Shown: positions 20,815 through 30,998, counted from the first letter of the stretch. The stretch: DNA of 64,000 nucleotides from a virus (IMGVR_UViG_3300025389_000014:32001-96000); one strand, 5' to 3'. Notes: generated from the letters alone by a model not told the origin. Made by a program: numbers and translations.

Positions 20815-21780
20815 TTACATCGCTAGTGCTGTTCTCAACACCACTATTTCTTTGTTAGTCGCTTCGTATGGAGTAAAATACAATTTTACAGTATTATCTA
20901 CGATGTCCAGTCCTGCTGAAAAATCTCCCATTATGCCGTTAGATGTCAGCGTTCCATATTCTGTAGCGTATACTGTTCCGGAATTATCTAATAATAATAG
21001 AATTTCGATAACCTGGAATTTTGCTAATGCTCCTATTCCAACTTCTTCGATCTGTACCAGATATTTAGAACTTCTGTACTGTGTAATCAGGTACGTATCG
21101 ATAACAGTTGTTGCTGTTGTATTTACCAAAACCAACGTAGAATCTAGTATAGCGTCAGCGATTTTTAACTGCTGTGCTGTTACGGTTCCACCAATATTGG
21201 TATCTCCGCTTATGCCAACTCCGCCTGAGACTACTAATGCTCCTGTAGTAGTCGAAGTGCTAGAGGCTGTATTGGTTAGGCTGATACCACCCTGTGCAAC
21301 GAATCCTCCTGCGACTGTTACAGAACTGGTACTGGTATTTAGGAAACTGATAGGATTGGTGGTACTGCCCCCACGACCAGTGATAGACTGTAGTGTTGAA
21401 GTATTTGATACGATTACACTGTTGGTACCAGTGATGATAGCGGTATCTGTACCGGCCTGTATGATCTGACCAATAGTGCCTGTAGTGATGATCTGTGCAC
21501 CTCCTACTGTGGCTGTAGAACTGCCTACATTCAGGCTGCCACCAATGTTAGTATTTCCGCCAACACCTACTCCGCCTGTCACGGTCAATGCACCAGAATT
21601 GGTGCTGGTACTGTTGGTAGTAGTGGTGATAGAAGCGGCCTGTGTAGCTGTAAAATTGCCCACTGTGGTTCCGCTGTTTCCTTGGCTGATAGCCCAACCG
21701 TGACCATTCCATATATAGATTTTAGTACCAAATGAATATGTTTCGCCTACGTAGGGGTTAGTTGGAAATCCTAGTGCCAT
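20815..21780 (-). CDS. Fibre-associated structural protein (321 aa)
   Basis: N-terminal MALGFPTNP...YIWNG..W module, TTTGAL repeats, and a C-terminal IDTY...YRSSKYLVQ...EYG domain paralogous to that of 17388..20765. Confidence 0.75.
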   Translation of the reverse strand: MALGFPTNPYVGETYSFGTKIYIWNGHGWAISQGNSGTTVGNFTATQAASITTTTNSTSTNSGALTVTGGVGVGGNTNIGGSLNVGSSTATVGGAQIITTGTIGQIIQAGTDTAIITGTNSVIVSNTSTLQSITGRGGSTTNPISFLNTSTSSVTVAGGFVAQGGISLTNTASSTSTTTGALVVSGGVGISGDTNIGGTVTAQQLKIADAILDSTLVLVNTTATTVIDTYLITQYRSSKYLVQIEEVGIGALAKFQVIEILLLLDNSGTVYATEYGTLTSNGIMGDFSAGLDIVDNTVKLYFTPYEATNKEIVVLRTALAM

Positions 21781-21790
21781 GTCGTTCTCT

Positions 21791-23521
21791 CTATAAAATA
21801 GCTATCTGCAGCCAGTAACTCTGACCACCGTCGTTGATATATTGATATTCTGCTTGACTAAGAATATCTATCCAGAAATCTCCAGGATTTGGAGTGATTC
21901 CGTTTAATACTGTGTAGTCGCCTACTAAGACTCTAGGAGTATATAGGAGACCATTTAGTGTAGGATTACCATCGGCACTATAAACACTGCCTGCAACTCC
22001 TACACCTCCCCGTACAATAACATCGCCTGTGGTTGTACTGGTACTAGCTACGCCGCCTATGGTCCTAAATATTGGAGCTGTAAAACTTGTGTTAGTAGCA
22101 CTGTAATAGACTCCTACGTCTGCATCTACAGGACTGTATGTTCCGCCTTTGGTTTCTACCAATGCCGCATAGTAGGTCATGGTAGATGTGGTATCGTGCA
22201 CCAAGATGTTGTCTGCCTGTGTGGCTGTGCTGGATAAAACGCTGATGCCAGAAAGTGAACTTAATAGGCTATCTCCAGAGATATTGCCATGGATGACTCC
22301 TCCCACCCAGAGGTCTTTGCTGATACCCTGACCACCGTTGACCACTAACGCACCTGTGTTAGTTCCATAACTCTGTAGGCCCAGTCCCACTGTGGCGTTG
22401 CCATTGAGCGTGATATGATTGATACCGTCATAGTAGTAACTGGCACCTATACTGGTCTGATTGTCTAGGCCGTTTTGATAATAATCACCATTGATGATGA
22501 TGTTGCCGCTACCGTTTAGAAGGTTATAGGCTGCATCATGTCCTATTAAGACATTATAGCTACCTGTGGTTAGATACTGTCCAGCACGTGGTCCTAACAG
22601 GAGATTCTGACGACCATCCAATAGATTCTGTCCTGCAAACGATCCAAAGGCAGTGTTTTCATCGTAGTACAGTACTCGTCCCACTGTTCCGCTGTTTACG
22701 TATATAGGCAGACTTCTTGAGTCAACAGGAGTACCTAATATATTATCTGAAAAAATAGAAAAAGTATTTGGACCTAGCCTGTTTATCCAAAAATCTGTAT
22801 TGTTTAGGCTCACTGGTCCTTGTGTTAGTCCCAATATGTTTATCACAGTTCCTGTGCTGAGACCATGATTAGCCACCGTGACCACAGCAGGAGATGCCCT
22901 AGATATATCAATGATATTTCCCACAGGCCAAGTATTTAGATTGCCTAGATTCTCTAGTGCACCTTGCCCTATGGCTATTTCGTTGGTTAGAAGTGTTCCA
23001 GAATTAAGTGCCAGATATCCTATACCTATGGAATTGTTAGATGATCCAATTCCACCTAATACGCTGTATCCTATGGCGATACTTTCTTGACCTGTATTAG
23101 CATCATCGGGGATACCGTGTGCCACTCCACGAATCACTAGATTGTTGATGCCCTGGTATCCTTGTCCGATGGTTAGCCCATTGACAAAAATATCCTGCGT
23201 GGTAGCGATACCGCCTATAACCTGTAGAGCTCCTGTATTTGTGCTGGTGCTGAGTGCGCCGCCTAAGACTAATACCGTGCCTGTACCTGTACCTAGCAAT
23301 TTGATAGACTGATCAGGTGTGGAGGAATATATGGTACCAGAATTCATTTCTAGATTACCTAGACTGCTTCTATAGGTAGTGACTAGATTACCGTCTGTTA
23401 CAACTGTATAACCTGTACTGGTTGTAGGTGTGGGCGGCAGTTGTGGTTGGGCATCTTTCAGTTTGATAAACTGCCCACTTCCACCTGATCTCAGTAACGA
23501 CCCGCTTAATAAACCTGGCAT
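21791..23521 (-). CDS. Fibre/adhesin protein (576 aa) with YadA-head-like xAxG repeats
   Basis: SIAIGY/NSIGIGY/EIAIGQ/NTAFGS/NVLIGH repeats, an ASPAVVTVANHGLSTG small domain, and a C-terminal PGDFWID module. Confidence 0.7.
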   Translation of the reverse strand: MPGLLSGSLLRSGGSGQFIKLKDAQPQLPPTPTTSTGYTVVTDGNLVTTYRSSLGNLEMNSGTIYSSTPDQSIKLLGTGTGTVLVLGGALSTSTNTGALQVIGGIATTQDIFVNGLTIGQGYQGINNLVIRGVAHGIPDDANTGQESIAIGYSVLGGIGSSNNSIGIGYLALNSGTLLTNEIAIGQGALENLGNLNTWPVGNIIDISRASPAVVTVANHGLSTGTVINILGLTQGPVSLNNTDFWINRLGPNTFSIFSDNILGTPVDSRSLPIYVNSGTVGRVLYYDENTAFGSFAGQNLLDGRQNLLLGPRAGQYLTTGSYNVLIGHDAAYNLLNGSGNIIINGDYYQNGLDNQTSIGASYYYDGINHITLNGNATVGLGLQSYGTNTGALVVNGGQGISKDLWVGGVIHGNISGDSLLSSLSGISVLSSTATQADNILVHDTTSTMTYYAALVETKGGTYSPVDADVGVYYSATNTSFTAPIFRTIGGVASTSTTTGDVIVRGGVGVAGSVYSADGNPTLNGLLYTPRVLVGDYTVLNGITPNPGDFWIDILSQAEYQYINDGGQSYWLQIAIL

Positions 23522-23533
23522 TATTTTATCCTA

Positions 23534-23917
23534 TCATTGATTAGCAGTTTGTAAAATACTCATGACCAACTGTAGATTGTGTTCTTGATCTGCATAGGCC
23601 ACGATCTTATCTAATTCTTCTACGACTAATTTGCCAGATAGAGGAGTACCTGCATCGCTACTTGGGATAGCATAATTTACCACTAATGGACTGTAGGTAT
23701 TTCCCGGTTGACCTCCATTGCCCTGTGCATCTGCTAGGATAGGTCTGTTTCTATAGTGGCTGAAACTGACATAGTGTGTATCTGTAGCTAGATTAGAAAT
23801 CTGTGCCATTAAGACGATGGCCGTAGTTCCGATCGGTGCTGTATAAACTGTGGCTGTGGTATTTGTAGTCAATACCGCAGTTTTAGTTAAAAATTTATTT
23901 AATGGTAACTGTGCCAT
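23534..23917 (-). CDS. Small virion structural protein (127 aa)
   Basis: SD AAGGA. VYTAPxGxTAIVLMAQISN motif of small T4-like virion proteins, tightly packed in the fibre operon. Confidence 0.65.
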   Translation of the reverse strand: MAQLPLNKFLTKTAVLTTNTTATVYTAPIGTTAIVLMAQISNLATDTHYVSFSHYRNRPILADAQGNGGQPGNTYSPLVVNYAIPSSDAGTPLSGKLVVEELDKIVAYADQEHNLQLVMSILQTANQ

Positions 23918-23929
23918 ATCTTTTCCTTA

Positions 23930-26900
23930 TTATTCGATAGCCAATATGAACGGTGTCATGTTGGCATATAAACTCTGTACAAATGTCCTTCCACTCAATA
24001 CTCCTGTAGCCTGGCTGATAACCAGACCAGTACCAATACGGAAATCACCGTTTTGGTCAGTTGATGTGAAGAACACCTTACCACTATTTAACGAGATAGT
24101 TTCATGACCCTGTATAGGATCTGCTATTCCTCTCTGTGGTAATGCCCCGTAGTTACTGCCAGCGCCTACATATTCAAACACATATCCGCTAGCTGAGATA
24201 TAACTGCGCTCATAGAAATTAACCGTGCTACCATCTGGAAATAGGCTGGTGTCTGTCACAGCTTCGCCCAGTTCTACCACATGATAAGTTCCAGGACGGC
24301 TCCAATAGCTGAGTCCGCTATAGACAGAATTATAATTACCACCCGATTCTAAATCATAGAGTAACTGCTGTAGTATCAACTTAACATCTCGGGCACATTT
24401 AGCAGTTTGGCTGTCAGACATGCTTCCTGCCAATATGCTAGCATAGTTCTGATTGACATAGGCGACGATTTCGTTGGCCAAGAAATCTATATTGGCTTTT
24501 ATTAGAGTTACGGCTGATCCAGCTCCACTAGGTATAGTTCCCGATGTGGTTATCAATCCGCTAGGTACCACAGACTGTGCGGCTGCTAGATTAGCGGCTC
24601 CTATTATGCTGGTCATGTAATTAAACCGTAGATCGATAAAACTCTGTGCTCCAGACCCACCAGTTACATTAAGATTAATAAACTGACCCGATGTCAACCA
24701 ACCTCCTACGGGTGCAGTATTAGCGATCACAGCATCCACCGCTGTTTTCAAATATTCGATGCTGACTATGTGTGCTGAAATCTGATTTATACTGGGACCT
24801 TGATACTGTGGATTAGTATTGGCGCTGAGTATATTCTGTCCAGGAGCGTATGGCTGGACGGCTACACTGCTGGTCTGTACTGTGTAATAGGCATGTCCGC
24901 AGAAATATAGAGTAAAATATGTGTTGTTAGTTGGATCGCCACCACCGCTGGTCAGAGCCTGTGTGAGACTGATACTGTTGTAATTTACATCACTGACTGT
25001 GGTTCCTGGAGGAATATAATATATTCCGTTGGCATCTTTTTCACTGCCAAACTGATCTCGGATGTAGACTGTGTTGCCTATGTATACATCTGTGGTATCT
25101 ATATTGACCAATTCTATAGTACCTGTGGTCAGTGTGCTGGTGCTGGGCTGTGCATTTAAGAAACCATTAAATCCTTGATTGTTAACATAGGTCTCTGGAG
25201 GAATGATCTCCATGACCTGACCAATGTGCGGACGATTGCTGGTGTCTGGTACGAATACTTCTACCAACCCACCGGACCCCGGAAAATAACCATTAGGGTA
25301 ATAAGGGTCTAGTTCCGCATTGAAAGGATAAGCACGATTGACGGGATTGAAAACCGTACCACTGAAATCTCTAGGTCCATAGCCCTTGGCTACTAGACAG
25401 AGATCTCCAAAGTTGGCATTACTGTTTACGATGCTGGCCTTGCCGCCATTATCGCACTGTACACCAACTGAACAGAAAATAGTAAACACAGAAACCAACT
25501 GTGCATAGCCGTTATTGGTAATATGCACACCGTAACCGCCTTGATTGACCTGTGTATAAGCGTCATAGACGAATGACTGTATAGGTGATCTATCTGAGAT
25601 CACAGCGCCATCTACTAGGCTGCCACCCATACTGCCAAACTTGTCTACCTTGCGTTGATTCCATGTATTTCTTGATCCTGTATACTGATAGCTGAGATCT
25701 TCTACCTGACCATCCTGAAGAGGAAAAACGTAAATGTTGCCAAAATACAGTGTGGCATTGGTACCAAATCCCACAGTGGCCGTGCTGAGTCCCACGGTTA
25801 TGGTTCCGTCTGTGTTGGTGTTGATAGCTGTGACGGTAGGCGCTATTTTTACATCACTGCCATTTAGGCCTGTGAGGCTGAATAATCCACCACCTGCATA
25901 CGGAGGAGGTGCCTGTTCAGGTCCGTTGCTGATAATGTCTGTGATGATCTTGAAATTACGCTGTATAGCTTCTTGAGGCATGTAGGCATTGCCGCCATCA
26001 AAGAATGGATTTATTACCTGTGTGGCCACTGTGCCAGTGACTGGTGTTACAGGTGTGTTAGCAATGATCTGCAGAGCTATGTCTCTAGCGTAGTTTAGGG
26101 CCTGTGTAGTGGTCGATTCCTGACCTGCTATATAGTTGTAACCGGCATTCCAATAACTGTTGCCTGCTTCTAGACTCTTTTGATTTCCGCCTAGCAGTAT
26201 GTCTTGGCTGACTGCATCTATGATCAGTCCTGTGTCTCGATAGCACTTGTCTTGATCGTAATTAAACGATCCTGGATTATAGGTCTGATCTAGATGAGCG
26301 ATAACCTCAGCCGCTATAAACTCTCGATTGGCTTTGAGTATATTCCAAGCGTTAACTGTAGATGCCGACGAACTAGGTGTGATAGGCATAGGACTCAAAG
26401 GTCCAGCTACTCCGGGACCATTGCCAATGATGTTGGTTATTATACCCAGATAGCTTGCCACCATGTCGGCATCACCGCCTGCTCCTACCGGTAATCCAAG
26501 AACTGGTTTAATTGATCGTTGTAGAGGTTGGTAATCATTTCCCTGTATCAGAGCACGAGCCACTGATCCTATGAAGGTAAATGCGTCTACTGTGGCCGGT
26601 ATTTCGTTGGGAATTACTGTGTCATTGTTGGTGTTAGCATAATAGCTGAGACCGCTCTGTATGGCCTGTCTATTTCCTCCGTAGAGTAGATCAAATGCCA
26701 CACTTTCTACTATGTAACCAACATCTCGAGCGCACTTAGACGCGTCAAATGACAGGCTAGGAAAATCAGATAATACACTGGCTACTACTTCTAAGGCCAA
26801 ATATCCTGTGTTGGCCAACAGTAAATTGACTGTGTTTCTCACACTCGGAAGGTCGCTGGCAGAGCCGTTGGGTATGACCATGTCTGTTAGTCCTGCGGTG

Positions 26901-29152
26901 TTGCCTCGCAGTATGCTCAATATGAGATCAAATTCTGTACCAATGATCGATACTTCGGCTGACGTAGCATGATTGCTGGCAGTGGTTTGTACGCCGCTGG
27001 TATATCTAGAGATGCCTACCAATGCATCTGTGGATGTGGTGATGTTCTGTACTACCTTCAGGCTGAGATCTTTTAGATAAGAGATGGCAGCTATGGTAGC
27101 TGTTATCTCAGCTGGTATAGAACCTGTATAGGTGTTTTGGCTGTAATACTGTAGTCCTGCAAACGTACTCTGACTACTGGTAGAAAATAACAGGTCGCTG
27201 GCCACGCTGTCGATGATGATTCTAGTATCTCTACGGCACTTGATCTGATTGTAGGGCAGAGCTTTTGGAGGCACACAGAGATTGTAGTTGATATAGTTGA
27301 CCACATTTTCCTGTATGAAGCTTCTATTGGCCTGCATGAGTATTTCGGCACTGACAAATGCTGAATCTGGTCCAGCACTGTTATAGAGACTAGGAGCAGA
27401 ATCAGGACCATGCAGTATGATTCCTGTGGTTATGTCAAATAGTTTACGCACACTGGCCGTGCTGATCGAACCATCAGTTAACACAGTGTTGATAACCTGT
27501 GAGGCTGCGGGTATGCTGGCAGGAGGTGCTAGAACTGTACACACAGAGTTAGTTACGATTTTCTGGCTCAGTGTGCTGAGATAATTGATGGCTGCTACAG
27601 TCTGCGCTTCTTGTCCAGCTATCACGCTGGTCACTCCGCGATAGTAGGCCCGTCCGCTTTCTATGCTTTTTTCATTTCCACCAAAGGCCATGTCATAGGC
27701 CATGTTTTCTATCAGTATGCCTGTGTCTCTATAGCATAGCTGTTGATTATAGTCGAATCCAGGAAAAGTTGCGTTGACATAGGCCACAACCTGTGCCTGT
27801 AGGAATGGCTTGTTGGCCAACAGGAGCGTGCGAGCATTGAAGAAACCTTGATTGTGCTGTCCGGCGTTGATGCTCTGTCCTAATGATACAGTTCCGGTAG
27901 TGACCGAGATCACTATGCTGGTTGTGTTCACATCCCAGGTTCCTACTCCTATGGCAGCAGGTACCTGCACTGTCTGGTCTGGAACGAACATGGTTCCGTC
28001 TACCAACCAAGGACCACTCTGATTAGTAACATTCTGTACATAGGGGCTGTGGAATAGATCTATGCGATCCGCACCTGACTGTGGAGGAAATGCTGTGGCA
28101 TAGGCTCCTCTGTTGTAGCCTGGAGCATAGTTTCCAGGTAATAGTCCACTGCGACCATTGAGGAAGGTCATGTAGTTTAGATAGCAACCACTCTGTAAGT
28201 GGAATAGATCCTGTGTCTTGTTTATGGGTTCGATGAATGTGGTACGTATGTCACTGCCTTTGACACTGGTATAGGGTTTTAACAGTAGAGGATTATTTTC
28301 TAAATAGTGTCCGGCTGATACCTGTATCTGTGTGCCTGGTTGATAATAAGGTGATTTTAGAGCACCGCCTATGGTACGGCAGGCACGGCTGGCATCCTGC
28401 GCACGACCATCGTTGGTATCGTCTCCGTCTACTGTGACGTATAAGACGTTGGTCACTTCTGGTGCTGTTCCTATAGGATTAACACCACGCACACGTATGT
28501 CGCCTACTATTTCTGTTAGCCCAGACGCGGGCTGTATGCTCACTGGACCTTGTTGGCTACGTATGAACTTGGTATAGAGGTTGTCCACGTACTCATTGCC
28601 ACCTATCCATACATCACCCAATATACCTGCTCCACCTGTGACTGTAAAAGCACCTGTGGTTGGGCTGGTAGATGAAGCTGTGCTGGCCACACTGATCTGA
28701 TCCAACAGGAGTTTACCTGTGTATGGATCGTAGCGCAGTCCACCGGAGGCATAGTCCGAAGTGTTGTCTCCATAGATCATACCACCATTGGCACCGAGAT
28801 TATCTATGAAGAGAGGATAGAAATAGGCATCCACATTGGTAGCTGTGACTGTCATAGCCATGGATGTGTTGGACACGGCCACACGACCGTAGATAAATCC
28901 ACCTACGTTTAGGTCTTGCTCAATACCTACACCGCCGGCAAAATAGGCCGCGCCTGTCTGTCTTTCAGCTGTGTTTCCAAATATATTATTTGGATCATAG
29001 GGGACATTATTGGGATTCCCAACATTGGCCACGCTGTTACCTGTTACTTGACCACTGGCCGTAGTGATCAGATTTATATTACCGCCGGGTGCCGATATGG
29101 TCTGATCACCGTTGGGTGTAATATTCTTGGTTCCGGTAATGCGTTGGGTCAT
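23930..29152 (-). CDS. Tailspike-like parallel beta-helix virion protein (1740 aa) carrying five phycobiliprotein-like C-x-R-D repeats
   Basis: LYVTVDGDDTNDG...RTIGGA, SPYVQN, DAYTQVNQGG.G..ITNNGYAQLVSVFTIFC and FFTSTDQNGDFRIG motifs. The helical repeats are described in findings. Confidence 0.75.
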   Translation of the reverse strand: MTQRITGTKNITPNGDQTISAPGGNINLITTASGQVTGNSVANVGNPNNVPYDPNNIFGNTAERQTGAAYFAGGVGIEQDLNVGGFIYGRVAVSNTSMAMTVTATNVDAYFYPLFIDNLGANGGMIYGDNTSDYASGGLRYDPYTGKLLLDQISVASTASSTSPTTGAFTVTGGAGILGDVWIGGNEYVDNLYTKFIRSQQGPVSIQPASGLTEIVGDIRVRGVNPIGTAPEVTNVLYVTVDGDDTNDGRAQDASRACRTIGGALKSPYYQPGTQIQVSAGHYLENNPLLLKPYTSVKGSDIRTTFIEPINKTQDLFHLQSGCYLNYMTFLNGRSGLLPGNYAPGYNRGAYATAFPPQSGADRIDLFHSPYVQNVTNQSGPWLVDGTMFVPDQTVQVPAAIGVGTWDVNTTSIVISVTTGTVSLGQSINAGQHNQGFFNARTLLLANKPFLQAQVVAYVNATFPGFDYNQQLCYRDTGILIENMAYDMAFGGNEKSIESGRAYYRGVTSVIAGQEAQTVAAINYLSTLSQKIVTNSVCTVLAPPASIPAASQVINTVLTDGSISTASVRKLFDITTGIILHGPDSAPSLYNSAGPDSAFVSAEILMQANRSFIQENVVNYINYNLCVPPKALPYNQIKCRRDTRIIIDSVASDLLFSTSSQSTFAGLQYYSQNTYTGSIPAEITATIAAISYLKDLSLKVVQNITTSTDALVGISRYTSGVQTTASNHATSAEVSIIGTEFDLILSILRGNTAGLTDMVIPNGSASDLPSVRNTVNLLLANTGYLALEVVASVLSDFPSLSFDASKCARDVGYIVESVAFDLLYGGNRQAIQSGLSYYANTNNDTVIPNEIPATVDAFTFIGSVARALIQGNDYQPLQRSIKPVLGLPVGAGGDADMVASYLGIITNIIGNGPGVAGPLSPMPITPSSSASTVNAWNILKANREFIAAEVIAHLDQTYNPGSFNYDQDKCYRDTGLIIDAVSQDILLGGNQKSLEAGNSYWNAGYNYIAGQESTTTQALNYARDIALQIIANTPVTPVTGTVATQVINPFFDGGNAYMPQEAIQRNFKIITDIISNGPEQAPPPYAGGGLFSLTGLNGSDVKIAPTVTAINTNTDGTITVGLSTATVGFGTNATLYFGNIYVFPLQDGQVEDLSYQYTGSRNTWNQRKVDKFGSMGGSLVDGAVISDRSPIQSFVYDAYTQVNQGGYGVHITNNGYAQLVSVFTIFCSVGVQCDNGGKASIVNSNANFGDLCLVAKGYGPRDFSGTVFNPVNRAYPFNAELDPYYPNGYFPGSGGLVEVFVPDTSNRPHIGQVMEIIPPETYVNNQGFNGFLNAQPSTSTLTTGTIELVNIDTTDVYIGNTVYIRDQFGSEKDANGIYYIPPGTTVSDVNYNSISLTQALTSGGGDPTNNTYFTLYFCGHAYYTVQTSSVAVQPYAPGQNILSANTNPQYQGPSINQISAHIVSIEYLKTAVDAVIANTAPVGGWLTSGQFINLNVTGGSGAQSFIDLRFNYMTSIIGAANLAAAQSVVPSGLITTSGTIPSGAGSAVTLIKANIDFLANEIVAYVNQNYASILAGSMSDSQTAKCARDVKLILQQLLYDLESGGNYNSVYSGLSYWSRPGTYHVVELGEAVTDTSLFPDGSTVNFYERSYISASGYVFEYVGAGSNYGALPQRGIADPIQGHETISLNSGKVFFTSTDQNGDFRIGTGLVISQATGVLSGRTFVQSLYANMTPFILAIE

Positions 29153-29168
29153 ATTGAATCCTTTAGAG

Positions 29169-29176
29169 TATTTATC
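29169..29176 (-). promoter_or_regulatory. Late promoter (GATAAATA)
   Basis: TAAATA core, then SD AAGGA and ATG 29152. Confidence 0.75.
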
Positions 29177-29179
29177 GGT

Positions 29180-29674
29180 TTAATAGATTTGCAGTTCCAC
29201 CACGTCCAGTATAGCACTATCCTTGTGAGGCCAATGTGGATGGCTCTGGAAACGCAACAGGACTCCAAATGTAGGGTCTTGTAGATCCCCCACTGCGAGC
29301 TGTGTTGACCATAGATCAGTTTCTCCGCCATAGATCTTGACCGGACTGAGGTCCATGTCTGCACGATTTTTTCCTATAGGTTCTCCAGCTAGACATAGCT
29401 GTAGAGTTTCGTCTGTGATCCTACCTCGACGATTGGCCGCAACACGGACAGCTATTCCTGTGAGCACTTCGGGTAATCCAACGAAACGGAAATCTGTAAG
29501 ATGCAGATACCAGGTGCGATCTGTGTCGTCTAGTTTGGGACTGCGTGCTATATGTGATAGATCTCGTTGGCTTCGAGTAGGGAACGATTCGGGTGATCGC
29601 CACGCGATATGTACTGAATCAGCTCCGGGTTCTGCATATTGTAAAATAGATGATGGGGGTGTCCATGGGGTCAT
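29180..29674 (-). CDS. Hypothetical protein (164 aa), probably virion-associated
   Basis: ORF fills the gap between a terminator/late promoter and the next gene, on the same strand as its neighbours. Confidence 0.65.
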   Translation of the reverse strand: MTPWTPPSSILQYAEPGADSVHIAWRSPESFPTRSQRDLSHIARSPKLDDTDRTWYLHLTDFRFVGLPEVLTGIAVRVAANRRGRITDETLQLCLAGEPIGKNRADMDLSPVKIYGGETDLWSTQLAVGDLQDPTFGVLLRFQSHPHWPHKDSAILDVVELQIY

Positions 29675-29679
29675 ACCAG

Positions 29680-29687
29680 TATTTACC
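29680..29687 (-). promoter_or_regulatory. Late promoter (GGTAAATA), 5 nt from the ATG (leaderless)
   Basis: GGTAAATA-CTGGT-ATG with no SD. Confidence 0.7.
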
Positions 29688-29688
29688 T

Positions 29689-29720
29689 AAAAGAAAAGGA
29701 CCCCTGAGGATCCTTTTCAA
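29689..29720 (-). terminator. Rho-independent terminator
   Basis: GAAAAGGATCC-TCAG-GGGTCCTTTTC-TTTT on the minus strand, after 29736..30998. Confidence 0.8.
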
Positions 29721-29735
29721 CAACGCCAATAGCTA

Positions 29736-30998
29736 TTAGGCGTTTTCGATCTTAACCAGACCCAACTGATGATTTGGATTACCTGGAGCAACTGCATCTC
29801 CAAATGTCCAACCAATGCGTTGTGGCTCTGTGCCGTTGATCAATGGATACTGCGGAGTACCATCACCTTTAGGCCATATTACAGCTCTGCGAGAAGTAAG
29901 TTTGGTTACCCAATAGTGAGCGCCGCTTTGATCTGTAGCAGTGATATAGGCCTGCTTGACTGCAGGAGAATCGCTAGCTACCAACTTGCAGACAGCTACT
30001 CCATCAGCTGTGCGTGTCTTGTAACGATGTGAACCTGTCTGCTTCTGGATGTCACCGATCTTCGTGCCTGCACCTGTGGTATTGGCATGGATGATTATGG
30101 CATTGTCCTGATTGCTAGCAACGTTGAGGTTAGTACCTGCACCACGACCACCCGAATCTGTGGTTAATACCAAGGTACCAGAGGCTGTTACTTCACCACC
30201 ACCCGATGTTGATGTAAACACGATGGTTTCAGTGCCGATATAGCCCGAACCCTTCTGTGTCACATCCAGGTGATCTGGAGAGAAACCAACGTTCAATGCG
30301 GCGCCTGTTCCATGTCCACCTGTTGTTACGTTAGATGCACCATATAAGTATGTTGTACCATAGGCATAGTCAACTGGAGTACCTGGAGGTTTCACCAATG
30401 TTTTGATACGCCATACTAGGTTCCACTGTGCGCCGTGTCCGCCTAGTCCTGAAGGGCTTTGAGCACCTGTGGCTGCCGGAGGCGCGCCTGTTGTGGTCCA
30501 TGAACCACGACTTGCGCCACCTTCTGTGAAGTTGTAGGCACCACTTGGTACACCGCTGCCGTTGACACCGTCTAGATTGATATTGATACCATTAGCATAG
30601 GGAATTGTATCGTTGCCACCGTAAGCAGTACCTTGGTGTGCTGGGTCTAATGAAGCGGTGTATACTTCTAATTCTGTTACTCGCCAAGTAGAACCATTGG
30701 CATCAGTGATTATGTCACCAACCCAGTAGTTGATACCGTCTGCGGCTGGACTGGCGCTCTGGGCTAGAGAGTGAACAACTCCCGCAGCCTGCACACCACC
30801 GGGAATTGCGGGTGCGCCGAATGTTGCGATAGTTGGTAGACGATTGATATAGTTACCAGCTGTTGAAATTGCGATATTGGCGATGCCTTCGCCGCCGATG
30901 CCATCATCACCACCTGTGTTGCCACCCGGTGCTGGTGTATAGCCGTTGGTTCCGATATTGAAGTTACCGAAATACTTTTTGTTTAATGGACGTCCCAT
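29736..30998 (-). CDS. Late, probably abundant virion protein (420 aa, MGRPLNKKYFG...)
   Basis: Monocistronic unit with its own late promoter, strong SD AAGGAG and terminator. Gly/Thr-rich and located next to the capsid gene. Confidence 0.6.
   Translation of the reverse strand: MGRPLNKKYFGNFNIGTNGYTPAPGGNTGGDDGIGGEGIANIAISTAGNYINRLPTIATFGAPAIPGGVQAAGVVHSLAQSASPAADGINYWVGDIITDANGSTWRVTELEVYTASLDPAHQGTAYGGNDTIPYANGININLDGVNGSGVPSGAYNFTEGGASRGSWTTTGAPPAATGAQSPSGLGGHGAQWNLVWRIKTLVKPPGTPVDYAYGTTYLYGASNVTTGGHGTGAALNVGFSPDHLDVTQKGSGYIGTETIVFTSTSGGGEVTASGTLVLTTDSGGRGAGTNLNVASNQDNAIIIHANTTGAGTKIGDIQKQTGSHRYKTRTADGVAVCKLVASDSPAVKQAYITATDQSGAHYWVTKLTSRRAVIWPKGDGTPQYPLINGTEPQRIGWTFGDAVAPGNPNHQLGLVKIENA

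Noticed and set aside
1-29152. Diversity-generating retroelement acting on fibre genes
   Set aside because: No reverse transcriptase in the window, and no TR/VR pair differing only at adenines was seen. The duplications found are exact and in-frame.
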